Below, piece by piece: positions 1 through 12,433 of a stretch of DNA of 64,000 nt. The notes beneath the pieces are model-generated. The model ran no database searches. It was not told the origin of the DNA and saw only the letters and a program-made list of their open reading frames with translations. A program made the translations under genes and the position numbers. Where the stretch lies: positions 131,068,001-131,132,000 of the forward strand of contig NC_091291.1 in NCBI RefSeq assembly GCF_032444005.1, in the 5' to 3' direction. This stretch comes from Ranitomeya imitator (lineage: Eukaryota). Within the stretch, counting starts at the first letter, position 1. Each line of letters begins with the position of its first letter.

Positions 1-414
1 GTCTCTGAGGGGAAAAAAAAAACCAAAAACGCATGGGTAACAGGTTGGCATCTCCCACTTATCACAGGTTGTACACAGAACGTAGTTACAGTAAGAATGA
101 AAGATTAGTGATCCCTTTAATAGGGGTCCTCCGGGACTAAAGAAGGTAAGAGGGCCCATTGGATTCGGCACTATGGGACTTAAAGGAAAGGTGAAACCTT
201 ACCGAACAATTGTCAAAATGAGTCCTTTTTAAGACCAGTTATAAAAATGGCGCAGGTCAGAGGACACCTGGGTGCCGTTCCATTCATTCTCTATGGCGCT
301 GACAGAAAAAGCGGAGCACAGTGCTCTGCACCCATACAGCATGAATAGAGGGGCAGATAATGGGGGCAGTATATACACCCCTGGTGTAACTGATCATGAA
401 CTCAGTGTACATAC

Positions 415-480
415 TGCTGGTGGCGGGGCTGACCAAGACGTCCAGGGTCTTCTGACGGTCTCCGTGCTCCACGGGGGTAT
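415..480 (-). CDS. SIDT2: SIDT2 coding exon 8 (DTPVEHGDRQKTLDVLVSPATS)
   Basis: ttttcag acceptor and GTATGT donor; 66 nt, phase 1/1; resembles mammalian SIDT2 GHRQKTLSVLVSQA (recalled sequence). A further acceptor (cccctcag|) at about position 5 suggests the next exon leaves the window. Confidence 0.9.
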
Positions 481-557
481 CTGAAAAATAATCTAAGCAT
501 TAGTGAAAAAAGAAAAACAACCAAGACAAGGGCTGAGAGTGAGCGCGCAAGGTTTAC

Positions 558-657
558 CTGGGTCTAATGGGTAATAGGGCAGACCCCCACCACAAGCCTC
601 ATCCTCCGTCTTCACAACAACCACGACATAGAAGCCGCCTTTGTTGAAATCTTTTCT
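558..657 (-). CDS. SIDT2: SIDT2 coding exon 7 ([33 protein letters not shown])
   Basis: Manual translation; AG/GT boundaries; 100 nt; matches SIDT2 [16 protein letters not shown]. Confidence 0.93.
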
Positions 658-914
658 CTAGAATATATGAATGCAAGTAGTGTCAGATTAACAAAAAAAA
701 AAAAAAAAATTTAGGCGACCTGTCACTATATGGTGGATATCAGCAAAGTCCACTTGACTATAAATCTGTTTGAAGCCCACCTTATATGTGATCCCTTACA
801 AATAATGAGAATCAGGACCGATCCTGCACATATTAGACCGGGGTGTGCACCAAAAGTAGCTTCCTGGACAAGGCTTCTCTATAGAGGTGTGAAAGGACCG
901 GGAAGGAGACGTAC

Positions 915-998
915 CTGGACGGTGATGGCCGCCTGCTTGGTCATTGTCTGATACATGCCGATAAAAGCCACGTTATTGTCAAGGTCATAGACTGGACA
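915..998 (-). CDS. SIDT2: SIDT2 coding exon 6 ([28 protein letters not shown])
   Basis: Inside ORF 879..1067; AG/GT boundaries; 84 nt; near-identical to the SID1-family motif. Confidence 0.96.
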
Positions 999-1833
999 CT
1001 GAAAGAAAAGAAAGGAGAAGGTCACATCCTTGGCGATAAGAAAGACACTTATTGACCAACTCTGCAAACAATATTATCAAAATCTAAGACTGCAGAGCTT
1101 TTCTAACCCTGGATGAAGGTTGCTGCTGAGGATGCACAATCCCAAAAAAAAAGAAAAAAAGAAAAAAAAAACAAAAAAAACAAAAAACAAGGGCAGCCTC
1201 TCCCTCAACAGAACTTAATCCACACCAGACGGTGGACAGATCCCTCCAAAAATCAGCAGATCTGGAAAAATATATATTGGGACCATTGGTCTAAAGGTAA
1301 TGAGGGCGTCCCCAATGATATATCATGTAGGGTAGATATGATATTTTGATCACCTTTTATTGCAATGTTGCAGCAGCCAATAAATACTTAGTTCTGGTGT
1401 TTGTGTTTTTTTTTTCTCGTTATGCTATTTACTGATCAGATTCATCGATACCAAATGTGTATTTTTTTTAATGGTTTTATTTTCAATGGGGTTGATATGA
1501 ACTTTTTTTTCTTTATTTTTAAAAACTATTTTTTCACAATTTTTATTGACTTCAGTAGTCCCCTTAGGGGGTCTCGAAGCCGTGAACGTCCGATCGCCTG
1601 TGCTAAACACACAGTAGCAGAGATTCAGCACCTCTGTAAAGCAAAAACTATGATCTCCTATGAACGTCAGCCACAAGCCGGCATTCACAGGAAATTTAAT
1701 ATGAGAGGCATAGGGTGGGGTTTCTGCATATGTTGTAAAGGGGTTTTAAAAAAATAAATAACCTTTAACAAAATAAATATGCATGTTTGAGGACCTTCCG
1801 AATATCTGAGCGATATATTTCCAGGGTACGTAC

Positions 1834-1935
1834 CTGAATATCTTGTATTGAGATGACCGAGCAAGGAAATGCAGACGGGGACGTGACTTTCACAATCACA
1901 GAGTCGACCTCCAGTGGGAAAACATACTTAAAGTA
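1834..1935 (-). CDS. SIDT2: SIDT2 coding exon 5 ([34 protein letters not shown])
   Basis: Inside ORF 1765..1971; tgcag acceptor and GTACG donor; 102 nt. Confidence 0.96.
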
Positions 1936-2725
1936 CTGCAAAAAGACAACACAGAATAGAAGAAGCGTCAAACCCCTTCAAAAATGCAATTGCACCGATT
2001 ACCGAGGGGTGCAGCTCCCACCAAACCGCTAATGTACTGGCACCGGATATCTGACATTGCCAATCAGACATTTCTAATTAATAAAAAGATCAATGAACAC
2101 GAAGGATGGTGTAAAGCAGGGTACACTAAAAGGGTTGTTCACTTCCCCAAAAACATTATTATTCCCGAAAGAAGTGACATCGTAATGATTGCAGTGCCCA
2201 AAACACAAGTTAAAGTGTATCTGTCGCTAGATTTCACAATAGAAACTGCATACATTATTTAACAGATATTTTAGACCTGAGGAGGCTAATGTACTTATAG
2301 TGGAAGCCACGTCAGGTTTGCTGTAGAAACCCGATATTAAAAGAAGTCCAGCTAGAAAAGTTAAAAAGTTAATGTGTAATCAGACTCCATCCACCCAGAC
2401 TGATTGCTGCAGATTGTACTGAGCTGTGAGAGATCTCAGCAGCAGCACGGAGGAGGGACAATGAGGAGCTGACAAATTAGATGGGAGGATGTTCAGTGGC
2501 AGAGAGGAAGGACATTGAGGAGCTGTCCATAAAGCCGGGTGGTCAGAGATTGAGCCATCAATCAGGCTCAGCAGGGAGGAGGGACACTGAGGAGCTGTTA
2601 ATTAGGCTGGGTAGGTGGAGATTGTGGTTAAAGTTTTAAGAAGAATTATACATCCATTCCAACATGGATTATCAAAGTAAGTACACCAATCACACACGTG
2701 AAATTCATCCCCCATTAATTTATAC

Positions 2726-2771
2726 CTGAGGCTGAGCAGGAGTTGCATTAAAACTGAACCGTTCTTCAGTC
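2726..2771 (-). CDS. SIDT2: SIDT2 coding exon 4 (TEERFSFNATPAQPQ)
   Basis: 46-nt exon found manually; phase 2 to 0 restores the frame between exons 3 and 5; matches TGEQFSFNTTAAQPQ. Confidence 0.92.
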
Positions 2772-2853
2772 CTACAAGTATAAAAAACAGAATCTGATGA
2801 AGTGCGCCCCATCAGACACAACCTAAAAAGTCAGGAGGGACGCGGAGCCTCAC

Positions 2854-3018
2854 CGCAACACGAAGCTGTCGACGTGTGTAACGCGCAGGAAGTATGTCGC
2901 GTTCTTCTCAGACAACGTAGAGACGTCCACGAAGAAGTACTCGGTCTTAGACTCTGCCCGGGTGGGCGGCTGGCACAGCGTGCGTCCGACATCCTGATAT
3001 TGGTAGTTACGCTGGTAC
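2854..3018 (-). CDS. SIDT2: SIDT2 coding exon 3 ([55 protein letters not shown])
   Basis: Inside ORF 2850..3113; cgcag acceptor and GTGAGG donor; 165 nt; RTLCQPP motif. Confidence 0.96.
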
Positions 3019-3117
3019 CTGCGTAAAGAGAAATTGGGAGCACAAGTAAGGCCAAAAGTGGACAAACAGGGGGCCGTGGTATATGGTGCAGCTCTAAGAG
3101 CAATGGTGGCCACTTAC

Positions 3118-3239
3118 AGTCCCCTGAGGGTCAGCGGCACTTGGAAAGACACTACCGCCTCCTTCTGCCGGACAACGAAGAGCAGCGGTGGTCCTTTCTG
3201 GTCAGACAGCACCTTGACGGACACTCGGACTCCTTCAGT
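3118..3239 (-). CDS. SIDT2: SIDT2 coding exon 2 ([40 protein letters not shown])
   Basis: Manual translation; tttag acceptor and GTAAGT donor; 122 nt; [19 protein letters not shown] motif. Confidence 0.96.
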
Positions 3240-4942
3240 CTAAAGGCAAAAAAAATGCAGAAAACGTGCAGTCATACTACTAAATAAATCATTGCGCCCG
3301 ACTGTATCCTTCAGTTGTCACCAGGATTTCCACTCTACTTTGAGCTGCCATGATGTCTCCCATACACGGCGCACACAGACAGAAGGGATTCCTGCTCTCC
3401 TGTCTGTTCAAAAAAGAAGCCGCAACACAGAGGACATTTTACAACAGCACTGAGCAGTGTAGCTGTGAATCCGGATATGGAGTGAGAAAACACTTACATA
3501 ATGAGAGTGCTACTGCTTTCTAGTATCAGTCGCTCTACTCATCTATCCATACTGAAGCTGTAATCTGATCCCTCAGTGATTTGGCAGTGCATCATACTTT
3601 GACAGATGGATTTGGGGAGGAGAAAAGGCTCATAAGTGAATAAAGTATACTTCTCTGATAATATAAGGAACTTTTACAATAAAACAACAGTACAAGATCA
3701 GATAGATTTCCATCTTTAGCAGAGATGCTGTGAGTGAACCAGGAAGCTTAGGTTGAACACAACATAACATTGCCTATAAGAAAATGTGATTACCACCAGG
3801 AAGCATTGCTGAAATGCTTCTCTATTATGTAGAGAAATCGTCCGTCGTCACAGCAATATAATGTCTGCTTCCTTCACATTTAACAAAATTTACTTGCAAG
3901 TGTAAATAAAGATTTTCTGCAGCAGCTGCCAAGTCAAAATCAATAAAAGGTTAAGATGCACAAAACTCCATGGAAGACAGAACTCGTACTTCCTGGAGAG
4001 AGAACAATACGGCCAGTGTCGCTGGAAATTCCCATGTGAGCCACAGGTCGTCCTGGATCCAGACACGGCGTTCGGGGAAGGCAGATGGGCAACTGTCCAG
4101 GGCCCCTAATCCTTTGGGGGTTTACACTGATGACCGCATTAAAAACAATGAAAAAAATAAAAAAAAAAATACACATTTGGTGTTGCTGCATTCATCAAGG
4201 TCCGATCTAACAAAATATAAAGTGCGGTAAATTAATCTGATCGGTAAATGGAGTAATGAGGGGAAAAAAAAAAAAAAATGCAATAAAAGGTGATCAAAAC
4301 ATTGTATCTACTCCAATATGGCATCAGTTAAAACGACAGCTCGATGCGCAAAAAATAAGCCCTCACACAGCTCTGGATCCCAAAAATGAAAGTGCTATGT
4401 GTCTTGGAGAATGGCAACAAAATATTTTTTTTTTTCACCACTGAAATAACAATAATAAACTATACATGTTTGGCATCTGCATACTAAAAACAAACAAACA
4501 AACAAAAAACGGAGATTTTTGTTTACTCACCGTAAAATCTTTTTCTCCGAGCCAATCATTGGGGGGACACAGGACCATGGGTGTTATGCTGCTTGTCACT
4601 AGGAGGAGGACACTAAGTAAAACACAAAGAACTAACTCCTCCTCTGCAGTATACACCCCTTGACTGGCCAGTAACGACCCAGTTCGGTAGTAAAGCAGTA
4701 GGAGTATAAAGAAAAACTGTGTCAAAAACTGAGGAACAAACCACAACAACAACCAGCCAATAGGCTAACAGGGTGGGTGCTGTGTCCCCCAATGATTGGC
4801 TCGAAGAAAAAGATTTTACAGTGAGTTCACAAAAAGCTCCTTTTCTCCTAAGCCTCATTGGGGGACACAGGACCATGGGACGTCCTAAAGCAGTCCCTGG
4901 GTGGGGAGCAATGGCACTGCTAAAACCCCATGTACCACTGGC

Positions 4943-5950
4943 CTACTGAGGTACCGCTGTCTGCAGAATGCGCCTGCCAAGGGCAGAGTCTGCTAAAGCC
5001 TGGGTATGAACGTGATGGTCCAGTCTGCATACCTTCACGAAGCACTTAGTCGCAGCTTTACAAAGCTGTTGTGCTGAAGCCTGGTGCTGAATGGCCCAAG
5101 AAGCACCGACCGATCGAGTTGAATGCGCCTTAATCCCTGCTGGGACAGGGATGTTCCTGATGCGGTAGGATTCCTGATTAGTGGAGCGAATCCACTTGGC
5201 TGGAGTGGCCTTTGAGGTGGGTAGACCTTTCCTATGTCCCTCCGGAAGCACGAACAGGACATCAGACTTACGGAAGGGAGCCGTGCGAGATATGTACAGC
5301 CCAAGAGCTCTAACCACAACCAGAGTATGGAGAGCTTTCTCGATACGATGGGTTGGTGCTGGACTGAATGACGGCAAGACAAATGTCCTCATTTAGATGA
5401 AAGGAGGAGACGACTTTAGGTAGGAAAGAGGGAGAGGTTCTCAAAACTACCTTGTCTGGGTGAAAAATCAGAAAAGGGGGTTGGCAAGAGAGGGCCACCA
5501 ACTCAAACTCTCCTGATTGATGTAATCGCCACGAGAAAGACCACCTTCCATGAAAGGAGGGTGAGAGATGTCCTGCAATGGTTCGAAAGGGACCCCCTGA
5601 AGAACACCGAGAACTAAGTTAAGATCCCATGACGCCAAAGGCATTCTATAGGGAGGGACCACCTGGGAGACTCCTTGGATGAATGTCTTAACCGGCAGTC
5701 TGGAAGCGATATTTCGTTGGAATAGAACAGACAATGCGGACACTTGTCCCTTGAGCGAGCCTAGGGCAAGGCCTGACTCTAAACCTGACTGGAGAAACTC
5801 CAGAATGGAAAAAACCAGAGGAAAACGTCCATGGGCATTGCACCATGAAAAGTAGATGCGCCAGGTGCGATGATAAATGCGCATGGATACGGGTTTCCTA
5901 GCGCGAATCATGGTAGAAACCCCTTGAGAGAAACCGGCTTGGGCTAAAAT
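4943..5950 (-). pseudogene. DIRS tyrosine recombinase remnant
   Basis: N-terminal part in ORF 5468..6361 (ARKPVSMRIYHRTW...GSLKGQVSALS); C-terminal part in ORF 4943..5392 (KAHSTRSVGASWA); frameshifted, with the catalytic Tyr segment disrupted. Confidence 0.85.
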
Positions 5951-7559
5951 CCAGGATTCAACGGCCACGCCGTCAAAGACAGTGCCCTGGAGTTCTGGTG
6001 ACAAAATCGGGCCCGAAGAGAGAAGATCCATGTGATCTGGAAGCCGCCAGGGGATGTCGGCGACCATTTGGACGAGTTCCGCGTACCATGCTCGGCGCCG
6101 CCAGTCCAGCGCGACGAGGATCACCGGTCTTCCCTCTGCCCTGATCTTCTTGATGACTCTCGGGAGCAAACGAAGAGGCGGAAATATGTATGGCAGCGGG
6201 AACCGATGCCACGACAGGACCAGAGCATCTGCCCCGATGGCGCAAGGATCGCGGGATCGAGCAATGAACTGGGGAACCTGGTTGTTGAGCCCATAAGATC
6301 CACATCCAGCGTCCCCCAGTGAAGACAAATCTGCTGGAATACTTCCAGATAGAGGGACCACTCACCCGAGGCAAGACCTTGGCGACTGAGGAAGTCCACT
6401 TCCCAATTCTCCACACCCGGTATGTGGATCGCCGAGATGAGCGAGTGATTGGTCTTGGCCCAGTGCAGGATGTGGGAGACTTCGAGCATGGCTGCCCTGC
6501 TACGGGTTCCCCCTTGCCGGTTGATATACGCCACGGCTTGTGGCATTGTCGGATTGGATTCTGATGGGATGGCCTGCGAGAAGGTGGTAAAAGTTGCGTA
6601 AGGCAAGTGTGATCGCTCGAATCTCCAAGATATTGATTTGAAGACGCGACTCTTGTGGACCAACAACCTTGTGCCGTGTGGTGATTGAAAACTGCGCCCC
6701 AGCCCAAAAGGCTGGCGTCAGTGGTCACCACCAACCAGCGCACTGGGAGAAAGGACTTCCCTTGGTTCAGGGAGGACTGTAGCGTCCACCACCTGAGGGT
6801 CTGCCTGACCTGTGGGGACAGGCGAAAACGACGGTCGAGAGAAAACGGACTCCTGTCCCAGGCTAAGAGCAGCGCCTGTTGCAGGGGACGGAGATGGAAC
6901 TGCGCAAATGGAACAGATTCCATCACCGCAACCATTTTCCCGAGGATGCGTATCGCGAAGCGAATGGAGTAAGGGACTGGGCAGGAGAGCTTGCGCGCTC
7001 CCTGTTGTAAGGACAAGACCTTCTCTGGAGGGAGAATGACTAACCTGTGGGAAGAGTCCAAAATCGTGCCCAGGAAGCAGATTTGCTGAGCCGGCACTGG
7101 AGATGATGATCTCTCGAAGTTGATTTTCCAACCCAGGCGAGAAAGAGCATCCACGGTGATACTTACAGACTCCTTGCAGGCAGAATGGGACGGACCCTTG
7201 ATTAATAGATCGTCCAGATACGGAAGAACTACCACTCTCCGAGCGTGAAGAATGGCCATGACCTTCGTGAAGACTCTGGGGGAGGTGGCGAGTCCGAAGG
7301 GCAAGGCCACAAACTGGGAGTGTTCTTCTTGGACTGCGAAGCGCAGGAATTGCTGATGAGAGGGAAAAATTGGCCTGAAGAAGATGTGACGCCCTTGATT
7401 TGGGGGAAGAAGACAGGAAGAAGCGCGGGGGGGGGAATGGAAGAAAACTCGATTTTGTATCCGGAAGACACGAGCTCTCTGGCCCACTCGTCGTGAATGA
7501 CCGAGAGCCAATTTTGACGGAACGAAAGAAGGCGTCTGCCTGGCACGCCGACGAGTCAT
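5951..7559 (-). pseudogene. DIRS RT/RNase H/methyltransferase-like remnant
   Basis: LPFGLATSPRVFTK, YLDD and DAS..GWGA motifs; domains split over ORFs 7229..7546, 5973..7559, 6121..6666 and 5468..6361. The upstream RT catalytic-Asp motif is not seen before HQQFLRF. Confidence 0.85.
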
Positions 7560-9825
7560 TGTGTAGAAGGTTTAAGGGATGCAGATGCCTTAGGGCCAGA
7601 AGGTCTGGGTTTCCAGGAATGGTTTGGTCTGTATGAGACCTGGGGATTTCTCTTTTTCCGCCGTCCCAAACCAGGGGAAGAGGGGGACCAACTGGAGTTG
7701 TTACGAAAGGACCGGAATTGAAACTGCTGTTGATTCCAAAAAGGCCGGGCAGGTTTTTGCTGGGGAAGAAATGAATGCCTCAATAAGGTAGTCAAGTGTC
7801 TCCTGACCGATAGAGGAGTCTTGGGTTAAAGATTCCTCCGACTTGTATTCTGAGTCATGTGCGCTGCGACCCTCGGGGGAGCGAGAAGATGAGCTCAGAT
7901 GCTGAAGCTCGAGTATGGACGGGAGATGAGGGAAGGGTTCTTTTTCTGGCACCCCAAGATTCCCGTAGTACGGTACGCCCCCTGTGGTCGGACGGCCCCG
8001 CGCCAGATTCCGTCGCAACAGACGTAGGTGAGTTCTGGCTTAAGGAGGATCCTCGGAAAGAGTCCAATGCCTTGACCAAGGAATCCATTGAATGTGACAA
8101 GGATGCGGCCCACTCAGGAGAGTTAGGCTGGACGGGGGTCAGTGGAGACATTGGAGGTGGCGGCAGAAGGCGGCTGCGCACAGGCCGGGTCACAGTTCTG
8201 GCACAAAGGGGTATTGTGGCAACGCAGAATTGCAAGTGGCACATGAAGTAAAAAACACAGTGTGCTTTTTATTGCCCCTTTTAGCCTCCTTAGATTGAGA
8301 AATAGTGTATGTATATTCTCCAGTAAGCTGCTAATAGCAGGGCTATGGGTGCAGAGAAGAGGTTAAGCTTTTCCCTATGGAGTGGAGCAGCTTACCCACG
8401 GTCCTGTGCTGGTGTCCCTGGGGAGGAAGAGAGGAAAGTAGCATTTTCGGCTGTATTTCCCTGCAGCAGTGGAGTCCCAAGATGGCGCCGAGATTTCCAG
8501 GGCTCTTCTCATTCAGTGCGAGAAGCGCCTGAGTAGTGGGCAGGGCTCCAGTAGTGGGCGGGATTTTTGAATTGCGGCCTAGTCCGGCTGAAGAAGTCGG
8601 GGACTAAATTAGTGGAGCCGGCTGGCGGCACCTTCCCACGCCGGCAGCATGAGGAAGAGTAATACTCACCGAGGAGGGAGCCACCTCCAGCTCAATCAAT
8701 CCTCCCTATGCCGGGGGATGGAGAGTATCCTGATTTGTGCTTGCCGCAGGGGACTTACGGATGTCCCTGCCGCGGCGGACCTACGGCTACCGTGGGGACT
8801 ACATGACGCCAACAAGTGAGGGCTTAATTGTGAAGGAGCCCGGGAGATGCACATAAGAGGTATACTCTATGTGCTCGCCATCTTACAGGGGGAGATCGGG
8901 ACCGTATAGGAACAGTCGCCCTGGAATAGGTTAGGCGTGCCCCAATTGTCGCAGGAGAGGTACGGGGAGGTATACTCGCCGTGCTCGCCTGTTGATGGTT
9001 CGAGGGAGAGCGGACCCTGAGAAGGAATCCGTCGCCCCCTTCACTCCGTTAATTAAAAAATAAAAAATTTACAGAAAAAAACAAAAACAAAAATAAAAAA
9101 CGTTGGGGTCTGAGAACAGACCCAAGTGCCTCCTAAAGACACTAAGCAAGAACTGGGTGGCCAGTCAAGGGGTGTATACTGCAGAGGAGGAGTTAACTCT
9201 TTGTGTTTACTTAATACTTAGTGTCCTCCTAGTGGCAGCAGCATAACACCCATGGTCCCGTGTCCCCCAATGAGGCGAAGGAGAAAAAACAATTGTGGAA
9301 TTACACGCCTTTTGCAATTTCAACGCACTAGGAATCTTTCTCCCGTCTTTCTGTACATTATGTGGTAGAATGAATGGTGTTGTTCAAAAGTACAACTTAT
9401 CCTGTAAAAAACAAGCCCTCATACGACTATATGGACAGAAAATAAAAGTGTTATGGCTCTTGGAAGAAGGCTGGGTGGAAATTGGGAATGAAGATGTTAA
9501 ACCCTTGTAATCACCATATAACAGCAGCATGGCGCCCCCTGCAGGCTTCATTCTTCGGATATTCATGATGGGTTTGCTATCAGACTAAAACAAAAATAAT
9601 CACATCCATAAAATGTCATTATGGTCAGTGGACTTTCTTAATTTCTAAAATGTGTAGTTACCAGACAGAACTTCCAAGGCATTAAGGTTAACATTTCTAC
9701 TAGGGACCACCCGAGCGACCCCACAACATCACAGGACAGGAAGTGTTGTCGTAGGGATTTTAGAACACCAGGATGATGCTTAAGGATTAAAATTTCACTT
9801 TTTTGTCTAAAATAAACCTGTATGT

Positions 9826-9965
9826 GCAGTGGGCTCCGCACACACGGGGGGCAGTGTGCTCCGCGCACACGGGGGGCAGTGTGCTCCGCGCACACGGGGG
9901 GCAGTGTGCTCCGCGCACACGGGGGCAGTGTGCTCCGCGCACACGGGGGGCAGTGTGCTCCGCGC
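9826..9965. repeat. Minisatellite, about 26-bp unit (GCAGTGTGCTCCGCGCACACGGGGG), about 5 copies
   Basis: Direct tandem repetition visible. Confidence 0.9.
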
Positions 9966-11757
9966 ATGTAGCATCCACATATATAAATACAGGCAGCACA
10001 GATGAGAGTTCATAGGTGTTAACATGTTGGCATTCGTCCAACAAACAAGTAAAATTCTGCTCATCGGGTGATTGGATTGTTTATGGAGGAACAAAAATTA
10101 TTTGTTCTCAGCAGCTATGAATTTATTAAGTTGGGGTTGCTTGATGGATAATTCCTTTAAAGTGCCCCTGTCAGCGGGATTGTGCACAGTAACTACAGGC
10201 AGTGTCAGGTCGGCGCCGTTATACGGATTACAATGACACCTGGTGATGAAATCCGTCTTGTGGTTCTTGTTTAATCTTTATTTCTAGTTTTGAGTTAATG
10301 ATCTGCTCGTGCTTTGGGGAGGTCTGTGGGTGGCTTCACATAAATATAAATTCAGACATTTCCCAGCAAATCTTTACTAACAGATGTAAATGCTCTTAAG
10401 GCAGAAAACATGTCCAGCAGCACGACAGACTGACGGACGGGTTTATTCAGCGCAGAATAAAAGTCATTATCTAATAGTAATCGTGATCCTGAGCTGTAAT
10501 CCACGGAGCAATCTGCCGTATAACAGCAGAATCCCACAGCAGCTACATTCCCCAAATTCAATCCAAACGGACGATATGTAGGGGGCTCTTCCTCTTCATA
10601 AAAATATAAATATATAAAAAACAGATTTTTACTCTTAACTGGACCTGAAAATCCAGGGCCCAGCCTATTAGTGCCCTAACAGGCCATCCATGTGTCTGTG
10701 TAGTAAGAGTTATTTTTAATGGTTTCAACACTCCAATTAATTAATTAATACTAATTATTGATAGGATTTCAATCAGTTACATAGATAGATTTAGATATAT
10801 ATATATATTTTCTTACTTTCATGGAGTTCACAGGAGGTCATTGAAGTTTAAATGTCCAACCAGATAACAAACGTCATTTGTTGTTTAATAAATGACCAGT
10901 TTTTTGTTATTACCGTAGTAAAAGTATTTGTTATTAGTAAATGACCATGCTATTAGTTGTCAGTAACTGACCAGTTTTAAGGAGGTTTCTTCCTGGCATT
11001 CCAATGAATATCAACGTTTTTTTACGGAGATACATTGGGCAGTATAAGATATAAAAAGAGGATTGGAACCTTGGGGAAGAGAGAGACAGACCGCTTGATG
11101 ACTTCTACCATAATAATGTAATGTATGAATAATGCGCATGTATTTATTTTACTTTATTGTTTAATCTCATCATTTATTAAGTAAATTCAGCTTAGTTTAC
11201 TCAAATTTCGTGTGAGCATTTTCTTATTCATCACAATCCTTGAATCCGTGTCAAACATATTTTTTGAGCACGCCGGAGACACTTAGCGCCCGAGGATGCT
11301 CGGTAACACCCGATCCCAGCACACTCATCACTAGTTATCACCGATCCAGAGTCTGTGGCACTATGTATGTACTATCTGAATGGATCAGGAGTCCGCACGC
11401 TCTACTCTTACGCCTTTCATCTCTATAGGACTGACGGAGAGTGCAGCGCCGGCTTCCTCCTTCTGTCCCACAGACAATTACGTGGACTCCTGCTGTATTC
11501 TGAAGGGAATAAACATGGCCCTTTTGGTGACCATAGGTCCAAATCTAAACACACCGACTTTCTGCTGTGTCTCTAATATTAGTTTTTGTGGAAATTAAAT
11601 ATTTTCCCCGATTCTCATCTCCTTTTCATCAGATCCATAATTTGTAGATAGTGTCACAAACCTAATCTTAGTTTCCCCTTTCTATCCCTATTGCATCATG
11701 ACTTTTTTCAAAAAGTGACCATTTTGCAAAAAACAAACAAACAAACAAACAAGGATA

Positions 11758-12081
11758 GGCTACGTTCACACTAGCGTTCTGCTAGTGTGCGTCGCCTTAG
11801 CGTCGGGCGACACAGCGGCGACGCACGCGTCATGCGCCTCTATGTTTAACATGGGGGACACATGCGTTTTTGCTTGTTGCGTTTTCCGACACGTGCGTCT
11901 TTTTTGACGCTAGCGTCGGACCAAGAAAACGCAACAAGTTGCATTTTTCTTGCGTCCGATTTTCGTCAAAAAACGACGCACGCGTCGAAAAACGCAGCGT
12001 TTTTGCGTGCGTTTGCACGCGTTTTTCGGTGCGTTGTGTGTCGCCGACGCAGCGGCGCACAACGCTAGTGTGAACGTAGCC
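11758..12081. mobile_element. PIF/Harbinger-type MITE
   Basis: TIR GGCTACGTTCACAC...GTGTGAACGTAGCC; 3-bp flanking duplication ATA; internally palindromic; same family as 59197 and 61774. Confidence 0.8.
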
Positions 12082-12259
12082 ATAGAGAGACTAATCTATC
12101 TGTCCATACAAAAGTACAAGTGGGGGACATCGATCATGATGTGGCACACAGTGACATGTCTGGGGGGGCTTCTTTAAGCAATCAGTGGGATCACGGCAGT
12201 ACAAGGATACCGGGCCACAACAGCCGCAGTGCACCCCGCTTCTCGATGGTCGCCCTTAC

Positions 12260-12433
12260 CTTGTTCCTCAGCATGGTGTGATTGAAGGCATATATGTTCT
12301 GCAGGTCACTGTTGACCGTGTCGTTATAATCCTGATTGAAGTCGGCGTCCTTCTGAACGATGTCTTTGGTGGGAGAGTCCCGCAGCCCCGCCACCGTCCA
12401 TACCAGGAGCAGGATGCAGACGGCGGGCGGCAT
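12260..12433 (-). CDS. SIDT2: SIDT2 first coding exon (signal peptide; MPPAVCILLLVWTVAG...IVQKDADFNQDYNDTVNSDLQNIYAFNHTMLRNK)
   Basis: ATG at 12433; hydrophobic signal peptide; QKDA.F...Y.D.VNS.L.NIY.FNHT motif; GTAAGG donor at 12259; probable acceptor at 12564-12565 (about 130 nt of 5-prime UTR). Confidence 0.94.

Larger units (their letters stand above)
4511..9287 (-). mobile_element. DIRS1-like tyrosine-recombinase retrotransposon, decayed and internally deleted
   Basis: Inverted terminal repeats at about 4541-4684 and 9151-9287. Internal complementary region at about 4781-4879 matches both termini. Minus-strand ORFs show RT (PYLDDLLI), RNase H (TTDASLLGWGA), a methyltransferase-like region (YIFPP..WRRRAWY) and YR (HSTRS) motifs, with frameshifts. 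Confidence 0.93.
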
